From: Patescibacteria group bacterium
Lineage (GTDB): Bacteria; Patescibacteriota; Minisyncoccia; Minisyncoccales; UBA10102
DNA: 64,000 nucleotides
Assembly: GCA_038062375.1 (NCBI GenBank)
Contig: JBBTXG010000005.1
Location: 51,273 to 115,272, forward strand
Direction: 5' to 3'
The notes beneath the pieces are model-generated. The model saw nothing but the letters and a program-made list of their open reading frames with translations. It ran no database searches and had not been told where the DNA came from. Shown in pieces: positions 25,370-33,615 of the stretch (its first letter is position 1; each line of letters opens with the position of its first letter). The translations under genes and the position numbers were made by a program.

Positions 25370-26020
25370 TTAGTGCAAAATACGAGTAATGTTGGTATTC
25401 ACCACATTCGTTATGCTTGCACCAGCTAACGCATTGCCCGTATGGACTACACCGCCAATGCTTCCATTCCCGCCAGAGCCGCCATTTCCGCTGTGATTTT
25501 CATCTCCAGACGCGATCACGTCACCAGCATCGCCGCCAGATCCGCCTGATCCGCCAGAAGAGCTGTTACCGCTACTTAATGCGGCAACACCCACTCCATT
25601 ACCTACCAAAGCGCCATTTCCATTCGCAACCAAAATGAAATCTTCATCATCGTCATCATCATCACACGCACAATCATCAACAAGGGTATCATTCGTATTC
25701 ACCAGATTCGTGACGCTTGCGACAGCAGTTGCGTTGCCCGTGTGGACGAGACCGCCCATGCCGCCATCTCCACCAGAACCGCCGTTTCCGCCTACGTTCT
25801 CGTCGTCGGAAAACAATATAGTTCCGCCTTCACCTCCAGAACCGCCCTCTCCGCCGTCTGCGCTGTTGAGGCCGGTATCTGCAACCACTACAACCTCGTT
25901 GAGAACATACGCACTATTGCTGTTGCTGACGACCACTGTATCAGCCAACGCAGGCATCGCATACAGGCCTAACGATAATGCGGGCAGCATACTTATCGTG
26001 AGAGAAATTTTCGATATCAT
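25370..26020 (-). CDS. secreted Gly/Asp-rich two-module repeat protein (twin A)
   Basis: 216 aa. Signal peptide ...AMPALA/D. Two modules end in HTGNA.A.AS.TN.VNTN, joined by DDCACDDDDDDED. C-terminus NTNITRILH. Confidence 0.8.
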   Translation of the reverse strand: MISKISLTISMLPALSLGLYAMPALADTVVVSNSNSAYVLNEVVVVADTGLNSADGGEGGSGGEGGTILFSDDENVGGNGGSGGDGGMGGLVHTGNATAVASVTNLVNTNDTLVDDCACDDDDDDEDFILVANGNGALVGNGVGVAALSSGNSSSGGSGGSGGDAGDVIASGDENHSGNGGSGGNGSIGGVVHTGNALAGASITNVVNTNITRILH

Positions 26021-26084
26021 GTTTTTTGTTTGAGAACTGTCAATTTTTTTATTCGACCTTTCTCCATGAAATACACTAAGTTGT

Positions 26085-26744
26085 TTAGTGCAAAATGCGT
26101 GTAACGTTTGTGTTCACCACGTTTGCAATGCTTGCGCCAGCAGTGGCATAACCAGTTGTTACTCCTCCACCCCAACCACCATTTCCGCCAGTCGATCCTC
26201 CATTTCCGCCCGTGTTGTCATCGTCAGAATCCACCACACTTCCGCCATCTCCGCCAGAACCGCCTGAACCGCCACCCGATCCATTCGCTCCCGTGTCGCC
26301 AGCCACAAGTACTCCATTACCTACGGATCCGCTGTTGCCATTCAGAACAAGAATCTCATCCCAAGCATCGTGGTGATGATTGTCATCGCAAGCGCAGTCG
26401 TCAATCTCGGTTTCATTGGTATTTACAACGTTCAGAACCCCTGCTCCTGCCGAGGCATTACCCGTAAGAATGTGGCCACCAAGTCCTCCATTCCCGCCAG
26501 AACCTCCATTTCCGCCCGTGTTGTCATCGTCAGAATCCACCACACTTCCGCCACTTCCTCCAGAGCCACCTGACCCCCCGTCTGCGCTATTGCCACCCGT
26601 GGACGCAACCACAAAAACACCGTTTCCTACCTCTGCCCAGTTCTCATTTATTACCGTAATATCATCTGCCAAAACGGGAAGGGCGTATGTTCCTGTCGCA
26701 ATCGCTGGCAACAAAGATGCGCTCAATAAAATCTTCTTGATCAT
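26085..26744 (-). CDS. secreted Gly/Asp-rich two-module repeat protein (twin B)
   Basis: 219 aa. Same architecture as twin A, with linker DDCACDDNHHHD and C-terminus NTNVTRILH. Confidence 0.8.
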   Translation of the reverse strand: MIKKILLSASLLPAIATGTYALPVLADDITVINENWAEVGNGVFVVASTGGNSADGGSGGSGGSGGSVVDSDDDNTGGNGGSGGNGGLGGHILTGNASAGAGVLNVVNTNETEIDDCACDDNHHHDAWDEILVLNGNSGSVGNGVLVAGDTGANGSGGGSGGSGGDGGSVVDSDDDNTGGNGGSTGGNGGWGGGVTTGYATAGASIANVVNTNVTRILH

Positions 26745-26849
26745 AGGAATTTTATTCTTCTGTGCTTATAAACCCCATAAGGGGTAACGACCTTTTGCTG
26801 CCTGAACTTTTCTTTGGTTTTTCTGGAACTTTTGCTTCAGAAAAAACCA

Positions 26850-26900
26850 ATAAAAAATCCAAGCAAAAAACTACTTTACCCGTAATTTTTTGCTTGGATT
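26850..26900 (-). terminator. strong intrinsic terminator-like hairpin in the leader of the Gly-rich genes
   Basis: Perfect 15-bp stem AATCCAAGCAAAAAA/TTTTTTGCTTGGATT (26856..26870 and 26886..26900), followed on the minus strand by a U-run. Confidence 0.6.
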
Positions 26901-26920
26901 CCAAATGAATAAAACCTTAC

Positions 26921-26953
26921 AACAAAAAAGGTAACGTCCATTGCACATTACCT
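26921..26953 (-). terminator. terminator-like hairpin in the same leader
   Basis: Minus strand AGGUAAU-gugcaauggac-GUUACCU followed by UUUUUUGUUG. Confidence 0.45.
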
Positions 26954-27010
26954 CTTCTATGTTTTCCCCGACTAGAGAGATTTGAGCTAAAAAAATAAAA
27001 AGATTATGAT

Positions 27011-27038
27011 ATTGTAACAAGACGAACAAGCGTGTCAA
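27011..27038 (-). promoter_or_regulatory. near-consensus sigma70 promoter facing the Gly-rich gene pair
   Basis: Minus strand TTGACA-16 nt-TACAAT, about 260 nt upstream of the 26744 start codon. Confidence 0.55.
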
Positions 27039-27077
27039 GAAACAAGTTTATCCACAGAGGGCATGAGCAAACAAAAA

Positions 27078-27148
27078 GTCCGCATATGGGCGCTGAATCA
27101 GGGAAAACGGCCCTTTGCAGGGCATGATCCAGCGCCCGTTATACGGAC
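27078..27148. other. long imperfect hairpin flanked by A/T runs (bidirectional terminator-like or structured RNA)
   Basis: GTCCGCATATGGGCGCTG...CAGCGCCCGTTATACGGAC with an inner GCCCT-ttgc-AGGGC hairpin. A T-run follows on both strands. Confidence 0.4.
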
Positions 27149-27179
27149 TTTTATCAAACATATATGTCCTATCATGGTG

Positions 27180-27208
27180 ATAAAAACTTGTCCATAGGGT
27201 AGGACAAG
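27180..27208 (-). terminator. intrinsic terminator downstream of the SH3-domain gene
   Basis: Minus strand CTTGTCC-taccctat-GGACAAG followed by TTTTTAT. Confidence 0.55.
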
Positions 27209-27304
27209 TCAAACAAAAAACATGGCGCTTTCACCTGCGCAATGTTTAGGAGCAATTTTTATAAGACGAGATTATCGGATTCTTGAAGATTCTGCTGTAT
27301 ACGA

Positions 27305-27326
27305 TTGAGGCTTAGCCTCGCACAAC
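27305..27326. repeat. palindromic terminator-like repeat, copy 2 (left arm shortened)
   Basis: TTGAGGCTTAGCCTCGCACAAC, abutting the stop codon at 27328. Confidence 0.5.
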
Positions 27327-27327
27327 C

Positions 27328-27789
27328 TTACATACCTCGGAAAAGATCTTTGCTTCGATCAATCTTTTGGACGTATTGACCAAAAACCCATCCCTGTTTT
27401 CCATCGGGGAAAAGAATATGAAACCAGCCATCTTTCTCCTCGGTATATTCATATACCTCTCCAGGACGCACTCGGTCAATGCGCGCGCTGGTGAGTGAGG
27501 GCGCTTCCCTCACGTTCAAATAGCCCACGGACGTATCAAGAATTTGCAATTTCACGGCTGGAGATATCTCCTTTGGAGATTCACGAGATGAATTCGGCTG
27601 TGCAGAAATCAGTTCTTCTGACGCTTGATAGGTTGGTTGATTCTCAACCACCGTCGTATCCTTCATGGAAAGTAGTACAAAAATACCCGTCCCGATGAAA
27701 ACAAGGACAAACAAAAAAATCAGCATATTTTTTTGTTTGCCAGACTGCATTCCTTTTTGATATAGTGAGGCTATCGTTTGCTCTTCCAT
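27328..27789 (-). CDS. membrane-anchored bacterial SH3-domain protein
   Basis: 153 aa. TM helix, then YLNVREAPSLTSARIDRVRPGEVYEYTEEKDGWFHILFPDGKQGWVFGQYV. Confidence 0.75.
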   Translation of the reverse strand: MEEQTIASLYQKGMQSGKQKNMLIFLFVLVFIGTGIFVLLSMKDTTVVENQPTYQASEELISAQPNSSRESPKEISPAVKLQILDTSVGYLNVREAPSLTSARIDRVRPGEVYEYTEEKDGWFHILFPDGKQGWVFGQYVQKIDRSKDLFRGM

Positions 27790-27840
27790 GTTTCGCGACT
27801 ATTATACCATGTATCCTCAAAAAATAGAACGACTCCATGT

Positions 27841-28143
27841 ATGAAGTTCATCATACCACTTTCGGGAAACACGATTTTCACAATCATGCGAAAGTGCGGC
27901 TATGCGCCAGAGTCTCCAGACCTCAAAACTACGGAGCTCCGATTTCATCGCTTGATTGGCGGACGCCGCTATCCAAAATTTCATCTCTATTGTAAAATTT
28001 CCCCTGAACACAAAACCGTTCTTCTTAATCTGCATTTGGACCAAAAGCAACCAAGTTACAAAGGAACGCACGCTCATAGCGGAGAATACGAAGGACCCTT
28101 GCTCGAGGCAGAGGTCGCCCGCATTCAGCACGCACTCCTTTGA
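27841..28143 (+). CDS. hypothetical protein
   Basis: ATG MKFIIPLSG... inside ORF 27778..28143. No family recognised. Confidence 0.45.
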   Translation: MKFIIPLSGNTIFTIMRKCGYAPESPDLKTTELRFHRLIGGRRYPKFHLYCKISPEHKTVLLNLHLDQKQPSYKGTHAHSGEYEGPLLEAEVARIQHALL

Positions 28144-28437
28144 ACCCTCCAAGAAGAGCTGGGGACTTCAAAGTGGCTATCTCGTTCTTTTACCAAACGG
28201 TTGAGAAGGTGTTGAAAAATCTTTGAGGTTTCCATATCCATGAGTATGCTTGGAACCAAAAAACATCTTCCAAGAGATGTCCTTTGGCGCCCTCCTTCCT
28301 TAGCCATAAGAATTCCGACATGAATCTACGTGAGGCCCGCAGGTATCTGCCACGGCAGATACATCATTTCCGGTCCTCTAAAAGAAAGTATGCAGAATCT
28401 TATGAGAGAGAAGGTCGGGCAATTTCATTATACCACA

Positions 28438-29043
28438 CTACTCAAGAATCCCGTCAAGATTGACGTCGTAGAGAATTTTTTCCTGCACAATTTTATACGA
28501 GATGATCTCTTCTTTGGAAAACCAATGGGGAATTTCCATCTCTGCCTCCTGCAGGGACCCGGAAGCATGGATAAGATTTCGCACTGCTCTTGCATCCGTA
28601 TCTGCCATTTGAAAAGAGTCGAGCACGTAATCGCCTCGAATGGTACCCATATCAGAACTTAAGGGCTCTGTGGTCCCAGTGATTTTCCGCACAATCTGCA
28701 CCACATGAGCTCCCTCCCATACCATTGCGATCACCGGCCCCGCGGTGAGGTATTTCTTGAGACCTTCGAGAACCCTATCTCCAACTGCAATGGGGTCTTG
28801 CGAAAACGGTTCTAGTCCCTTCTTTCGATAACTTTCAATTGCCTTCTCCCCTGCTTTTCTTTTCCATTCGGGATCTAGGGTATAATGCTGTTCTACCATT
28901 TCTATGCTTGGGACAAGCATTTTTATCCCAACGAGTTTCAAGCCGACTTTCTCGTATCGCCTTATAATTTCTCCCATCAAGGACCTCTGAATTCCATCCG
29001 GCTTAATAAGCACCAACGTGCGTTCTTTTTTCAGATGCGCCAT
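28438..29043 (-). CDS. ndk: nucleoside diphosphate kinase (long form)
   Basis: ERTLVLIKPDGIQRSLMGEIIRRYEKVGLKLVGIKM and NLIHASGS active-site His region. Confidence 0.9.
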   Translation of the reverse strand: MAHLKKERTLVLIKPDGIQRSLMGEIIRRYEKVGLKLVGIKMLVPSIEMVEQHYTLDPEWKRKAGEKAIESYRKKGLEPFSQDPIAVGDRVLEGLKKYLTAGPVIAMVWEGAHVVQIVRKITGTTEPLSSDMGTIRGDYVLDSFQMADTDARAVRNLIHASGSLQEAEMEIPHWFSKEEIISYKIVQEKILYDVNLDGILE

Positions 29044-29051
29044 AGAATTTG

Positions 29052-29936
29052 TTATTTATTGGCAGTTTGTATCTTCAAAGACTTTCCATCGCTTTTTACT
29101 ACTATATCTCCATTGAGATCCGTGCGCAAGATGGGAATTCCCAACGCACGGAATCTCGCTAACACCTCTTCTGTCGGGTGGCCATAGCGATTTTGTTTTC
29201 CTACCTGAATTACTGCGAGTTCGGGACTTGTCGCCAACAGAAATGCTTCGGTATTCGATGTCTTACTTCCGTGATGAGCAACCTTGAGAACATCCACATC
29301 GATATCAATTCCTTTTCCAATGAGCCTTGCCTCAATTTTCTTTGAAATATCTCCTGGAAACAAGAAAGAAGCCTCGTGAAATACCAATTTTGTAACCACG
29401 GAGGTATCGTTCACGGCGCCAAGCGCTCCAACCACATCATCCTCTCCTGGGTATACCACCTCAATGAATGCAGAGGAAGGATCTTTGAGCCATTTGATTC
29501 TCCGAGAAGTTTGCGCGCTCATCACTTCTGCGCCTTCTTGCTGTTCTTCTTGAAGCGCCCTTTTCCATGCCGCAAAGATTTTTGTATCTTTTTCAACCCC
29601 AGTCCACAAAATATGTTCGACCCTGTACTGCCTCAATACCTCCACGAGGCCAGTAATATGATCACTATCGGGGTGAGTAAGGATAACCAAATCAATGGAC
29701 TTGTCCCAAAACGGCATTGCTTTCCCGAGCTTCTCTGTCACCACATTATTCGGCCCTCCATCAATAAGTATTTGATTACCTTGGGGAGTTTCGATAAAAA
29801 TGCTGTCCCCTTGTCCCACGTCGAAGAAAAACACGGTGAGAAATTCGGGCTTTTCGACTTGCTGCCATGCAACAATACTCCCGATCACCAAAAAGGTGAT
29901 TACTGCCACTATCACATCTCTTTTCTGAATCTTCAT
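29052..29936 (-). CDS. ComEC/Rec2-related metallo-beta-lactamase-fold protein (MBL domain only)
   Basis: N-terminal TM helix. FFFDVGQGDSIFIE, LTHPDSDHITG and VAHHGSKTS motifs. Confidence 0.8.
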   Translation of the reverse strand: MKIQKRDVIVAVITFLVIGSIVAWQQVEKPEFLTVFFFDVGQGDSIFIETPQGNQILIDGGPNNVVTEKLGKAMPFWDKSIDLVILTHPDSDHITGLVEVLRQYRVEHILWTGVEKDTKIFAAWKRALQEEQQEGAEVMSAQTSRRIKWLKDPSSAFIEVVYPGEDDVVGALGAVNDTSVVTKLVFHEASFLFPGDISKKIEARLIGKGIDIDVDVLKVAHHGSKTSNTEAFLLATSPELAVIQVGKQNRYGHPTEEVLARFRALGIPILRTDLNGDIVVKSDGKSLKIQTANK

Positions 29937-29943
29937 GTACTTG

Positions 29944-30015
29944 AGCCAGCGGAGGGATTTGAACCCACGACCTCTGCTTTACGAAAGCATTGCTCTACCA
30001 CTGAGCTACGCTGGC
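29944..30015 (-). tRNA. tRNA-Thr (CGT)
   Basis: Manual cloverleaf: acceptor GCCAGCG/CGCTGGC, D arm GCTC-AGTGGTA-GAGC, anticodon loop TTCGTAA, T loop TTCAAAT (one U-U mismatch in the T stem). Confidence 0.85.
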
Positions 30016-30152
30016 AAATTGCGTTGGCACTCAGGCAAACATGCTGCACTAGGGACAATCCCCCCTCGCGCTGTTCCGTCGCAAAAAATCAAAAGTTAAT
30101 CCTGGAGCGGGCCGCCCTCTGGGCGAGCCTCGCTCAAATCTTGCAGAGATTG

Positions 30153-30223
30153 AGCGGGTGAGGGGAATCGAACCCCCGCCTCGACCTTGGGAAGGTCATG
30201 TACTACCATTGTACTACACCCGC
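30153..30223 (-). tRNA. tRNA-Gly (CCC)
   Basis: Acceptor GCGGGTG/CACCCGC, anticodon loop TTCCCAA, T arm GGGGG-TTCGATT-CCCCT. Confidence 0.85.
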
Positions 30224-30251
30224 GCTTTTATGTATTTTCAATTTTACTCCC

Positions 30252-30644
30252 TCACCAATTCAATGGATTCCACCATGTTCGTTTTTTCTCGCTTGACGGC
30301 GCCTCTTCTTTTACCTCTTTCTCTGGCGGCACAATGGTCACGACTTCTTCTTCTGGTTTTCTGTATAATCCGCGTTCGCGAAGAATCTTCTCCTGGTATT
30401 CTTCGGTCTGCGTCTGAAGAATCTTTACCTGGAGTTCTTCTTTTCTCGTAGATAATTCCTGCGCTTTTCCTTGAAGCTGCGATAACTCGGCAGAGAGCGC
30501 AGTCCTTCTCATGCCGATTTTGATGTTTTGAAAAATGAAAAAGCCCAATATGCCCCCAAAAACAAGGAAAAATACAACAGAAATGGCAACATGTTCAAAG
30601 ATGCTCGAGCGCTTTTTGCCAAATCGTGCATTTTTTGGTATCAT
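30252..30644 (-). CDS. septum formation initiator (FtsB/DivIC-like)
   Basis: 130 aa. One TM helix followed by a coiled coil (LSAELSQLQGKAQELSTRKEELQVKILQ). Confidence 0.6.
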   Translation of the reverse strand: MIPKNARFGKKRSSIFEHVAISVVFFLVFGGILGFFIFQNIKIGMRRTALSAELSQLQGKAQELSTRKEELQVKILQTQTEEYQEKILRERGLYRKPEEEVVTIVPPEKEVKEEAPSSEKKRTWWNPLNW

Positions 30645-30763
30645 CGTGATATGAAGTCAAAACAAATTATCCGAATCACCTGGATTTTCCTTGTCGGGCT
30701 CATTGCACTAAGTATGGTAGGATACCTTTTGGTACCCTTATTATAGCATACGGGGCTTTCCTT

Positions 30764-32578
30764 TCAACTTCGAAATACGTCAAGAAAGACCTTCGAAGGA
30801 ATATGGATTCTCCCTCTCTCTGCTAACTCCTTTTTGCCCTTCTTTTGCCTTTCTAAAAGTTTTCGCTTTCTCGTTACATCTCCCCCGTATAACGGGGCTG
30901 TTACATCGCGCCGTCTTGCCTTGATAGTTTCTCTCGCGATTACCTTCCCTTCTATGACTGCCTGAATAGGTACGGCAAAAAGCTGGGGCGGCAACAGCTT
31001 TTTTAACTTCTCTGTCAATGCCTTGCCTTGCGAATATGCTTTCTCCTCTGGAACAATCTGGGAGAACGCTTCTTCCTTCTGTCCTGCCACGAGGATCTCC
31101 AATTTCACAAGTTTTGCTTTCCGCCAGTCTGTAATCTGATAATCCATAGATGCCATCCCTTGGGTGGCGCTTTTCAGTTTGTCGTAAAAATCAACAACGA
31201 TTTCTCGCAAGGGAGTTTCGTAGATAAGGAGAAGTGTGTGTTCCGAGAGATTGTTGGTTTCCAGCTGCTGGCCCTCGAGCGTTTCTAAGAGTTTAAATGT
31301 TTGAGGGAAATAGCTCACCGGAGTTACGATCTCCAACCACACCCAGGGTTCTTTTATCTCTTGAACCTGATGAGGAGAAAACCATTCGGAAGCTGTTTTG
31401 ATTGAATACTCTTTTCCTTTTGTATCAACGATCTTAAACTCTACCGAGGGTCGAGATATCACTAACGGCACTTGAAATTCTCTTTGGATGCGCTCTGAAA
31501 TAATTTCAGAATGCAAGACTCCAAGGAATCCGCAACGAAATCCGCGGCCTAAAGCCTCATGCGATTCTGGCTCATACACAAACGCAGGATCAGTAAGCCT
31601 CAATTTGGCGAGAGCGTCTTTGAGAATATCGAAATCCCCTGGATCTTGAGGATAAAAACTCACAAATACCACAGGTTTTGGAGGCGCGTAACCCAAAAGC
31701 GCGGGCACCTCAATTGAAGTTCGAAGAGTAATGGTATCTCCAATGCGCACCATACCAGGATCTTTCAAGCCCGTTGCCACATATCCAATTTCTCCGGCAT
31801 AAAGCTCTTTGCCTGGGGTTTCTTTGGGAGCGAAATACCCCACTTCTTTCGCGACTGCCTCTGCTCTTGACGCCTTGAGAAAAAGCGAATCGTTTGTCTG
31901 CATCCTTCCTTCCATCACGCGAATATACGCCACCACTCCCTTAAAAATATCAAATCGGGAACCAAAAATGAGAACTCTCAAAGGAGCCTCCCTGTCGCCC
32001 CTTGGAGAAGGGACCTTCTCAATGACTGCCTCAAGAAGCTCTGGGACATGATAGCCCGTTTTCCCAGAAATCAAAAAAATCTCGTTTTCCGGAATCTTCA
32101 AAAGATCCTGAATGGACTTGGAAACCTCCTCGATCCTTGCAGTGGGAAGATCGACCTTATTGATTACAGGAATGATGAAAAGTCCTTGCTTTTTTGCCAC
32201 GGTGAAATGAGCTAATGTTTGGGCCTGAATTCCCTTGGTTGCGTCAACGAGTAAAATCGCACCCTCTACGGCAGCCATCGACCGAGAAACTTCATACGAA
32301 AAATCCACGTGCCCGGGAGTGTCGATCAGATTCAGAATGTATTCCGACGTTCGCCGTTGGACGTTCGTCGGCAACTCATAGTGCATTCTCACTGGCTGCA
32401 TTTTGATGGTAATACCCTTCTCTCGCTCTAACTCCATCTGATCTAAAAATTGCTCTTTCATGTCTCGCTTTGCTACGGCTCCTGTCAACTCCAAAAATCG
32501 ATCAGCCAATGTTGACTTCCCATGATCGATGTGCGCGATAATACAAAAATTTCGAATATGCTCTTGCATACCTCTCAT
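30764..32578 (-). CDS. lepA: elongation factor 4
   Basis: IRNFCIIAHIDHGKSTLADR G-domain. The start is ambiguous: ATG at 32578 or 32569, and the track ORF opens at a TTG at 32587. Confidence 0.95.
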   Translation of the reverse strand: MRGMQEHIRNFCIIAHIDHGKSTLADRFLELTGAVAKRDMKEQFLDQMELEREKGITIKMQPVRMHYELPTNVQRRTSEYILNLIDTPGHVDFSYEVSRSMAAVEGAILLVDATKGIQAQTLAHFTVAKKQGLFIIPVINKVDLPTARIEEVSKSIQDLLKIPENEIFLISGKTGYHVPELLEAVIEKVPSPRGDREAPLRVLIFGSRFDIFKGVVAYIRVMEGRMQTNDSLFLKASRAEAVAKEVGYFAPKETPGKELYAGEIGYVATGLKDPGMVRIGDTITLRTSIEVPALLGYAPPKPVVFVSFYPQDPGDFDILKDALAKLRLTDPAFVYEPESHEALGRGFRCGFLGVLHSEIISERIQREFQVPLVISRPSVEFKIVDTKGKEYSIKTASEWFSPHQVQEIKEPWVWLEIVTPVSYFPQTFKLLETLEGQQLETNNLSEHTLLLIYETPLREIVVDFYDKLKSATQGMASMDYQITDWRKAKLVKLEILVAGQKEEAFSQIVPEEKAYSQGKALTEKLKKLLPPQLFAVPIQAVIEGKVIARETIKARRRDVTAPLYGGDVTRKRKLLERQKKGKKELAERGRIHIPSKVFLDVFRS

Positions 32579-32621
32579 CTTAATCAATCGAGCTCCAAAA
32601 GAAAAGAAAAGTTGGGTAAGG

Positions 32622-32650
32622 CCTTGTGCTAGGCTTAGCCTCGCACAGGG
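32622..32650. repeat. palindromic terminator-like repeat, copy 3
   Basis: CCTTGTGCTAGGCTTAGCCTCGCACAGGG, downstream of the stop codon at 32738. Confidence 0.55.
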
Positions 32651-32737
32651 TTAGTCTCGCCAGACTCATTATTTGAAAAATAAGAAGGTCCCGGGTGGTG
32701 TTTCCCACTGGGACCTGAATTTTTTGTAATCTCCTAC

Positions 32738-33166
32738 TCATTCCTCCGGCAGCAAAGGCGGACCTCGATCAGGCTCAATGACAACTGTAGACGTAGACAC
32801 ATCTTTCTTCTTATTCTGGGTAAAATAGATCGTGTCCCCGCCTTTCACTGGAATCCGCATCGCTCTCTTCGTTCCATCAAACGATATGACGAGTTCTACC
32901 TCGCCCTTGCCCTCAGCTGCATCCACAAGTGCTGTCTCGGCTTTCGAGTTAATAGGACGACCAAGGAACATTGTAACCAAGTCTGTAAGAACTTCCTGTT
33001 TTACAGCTTTCTCCTTAAGAGCTTCAACTTCCTCCTCGAGCCTTAACACCTCTAAAGCTCGAGCTTCAGCACTACTCGAAGCGTCCTTCCATGAAACCCC
33101 AAAATAAATCATGCCTCCCACGCCTATTACGAACGCAAGAGTAAACGCTACTGGGAGAAATCTCAT
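32738..33166 (-). CDS. membrane-anchored hypothetical protein
   Basis: 142 aa. N-terminal TM helix and a short coiled coil. No family recognised. Confidence 0.5.
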   Translation of the reverse strand: MRFLPVAFTLAFVIGVGGMIYFGVSWKDASSSAEARALEVLRLEEEVEALKEKAVKQEVLTDLVTMFLGRPINSKAETALVDAAEGKGEVELVISFDGTKRAMRIPVKGGDTIYFTQNKKKDVSTSTVVIEPDRGPPLLPEE

Positions 33167-33205
33167 TTTGAACCTCCTCCTCTTTTCTTTGCCTACACAC
33201 CACGG

Positions 33206-33273
33206 CTAGTGCCGTTATAAGTTACATTTCCATCTGTAAACGCAAGTGGAAAATTAACTTATAACGGCACTAG
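33206..33273 (-). terminator. long hairpin overlapping the rpsP stop codon
   Basis: Perfect 19-bp arms CTAGTGCCGTTATAAGTTA / TAACTTATAACGGCACTAG with a 30-nt loop. Confidence 0.45.
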
Positions 33274-33593
33274 GCAGATTGTACTTGCTGCTGAGAACTT
33301 TGCTGCGGAGTTGATTCTTTCGCTTGCGGTATCTTATGTTTTGGAATTTTCACTCCTTCGATAATCTTGGCCGAAACAAGCATGTTATGCACCGTGGCTG
33401 TGGGCTTCACTCCAACTCCGAGCCAATATCTTATTCGCTCTTCCTTTAGATTTCGTTGCTTAGTCAGAGGGTCATAAAAACCCACCTCCTCCACGAAACG
33501 GCCCTTGTGGGCCCCTTTTCGTTTATCAATTATTACAATCTTAAACGATGGCTGATTTCTTCTCCCTATTCGAAACAAACGTATGGTAAGCAT
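33270..33593 (-). CDS. rpsP: 30S ribosomal protein S16
   Basis: MLTIRLFRIGRRNQPSFKIVIIDKR...VGFYDPLTK. Confidence 0.95.
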   Translation of the reverse strand: MLTIRLFRIGRRNQPSFKIVIIDKRKGAHKGRFVEEVGFYDPLTKQRNLKEERIRYWLGVGVKPTATVHNMLVSAKIIEGVKIPKHKIPQAKESTPQQSSQQQVQSA

Positions 33594-33615
33594 ATGCCTT
33601 CTTGGATCTTGTTTG

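Noticed and set aside
25370-26744. Possible CRISPR array or tandem non-coding repeat suggested by recurring GC-rich ~38-nt blocks
   Set aside because: The repeats lie inside two long open reading frames with signal peptides. They encode Gly-rich protein modules, and there is no regular repeat-spacer periodicity.
28343-28362. 9-bp hairpin GTATCTGCC-ac-GGCAGATAC as the ndk terminator
   Set aside because: It lies 76 nt downstream of the ndk stop codon and has no U-tract on the minus strand. It is too weak to call.
30651-30746. 31-aa hydrophobic ORF (MKSKQIIRITWIFLVGLIALSMVGYLLVPLL) divergent from the FtsB-like gene
   Set aside because: It has no SD or recognisable promoter and is very short. 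It could not be supported beyond being an open frame.
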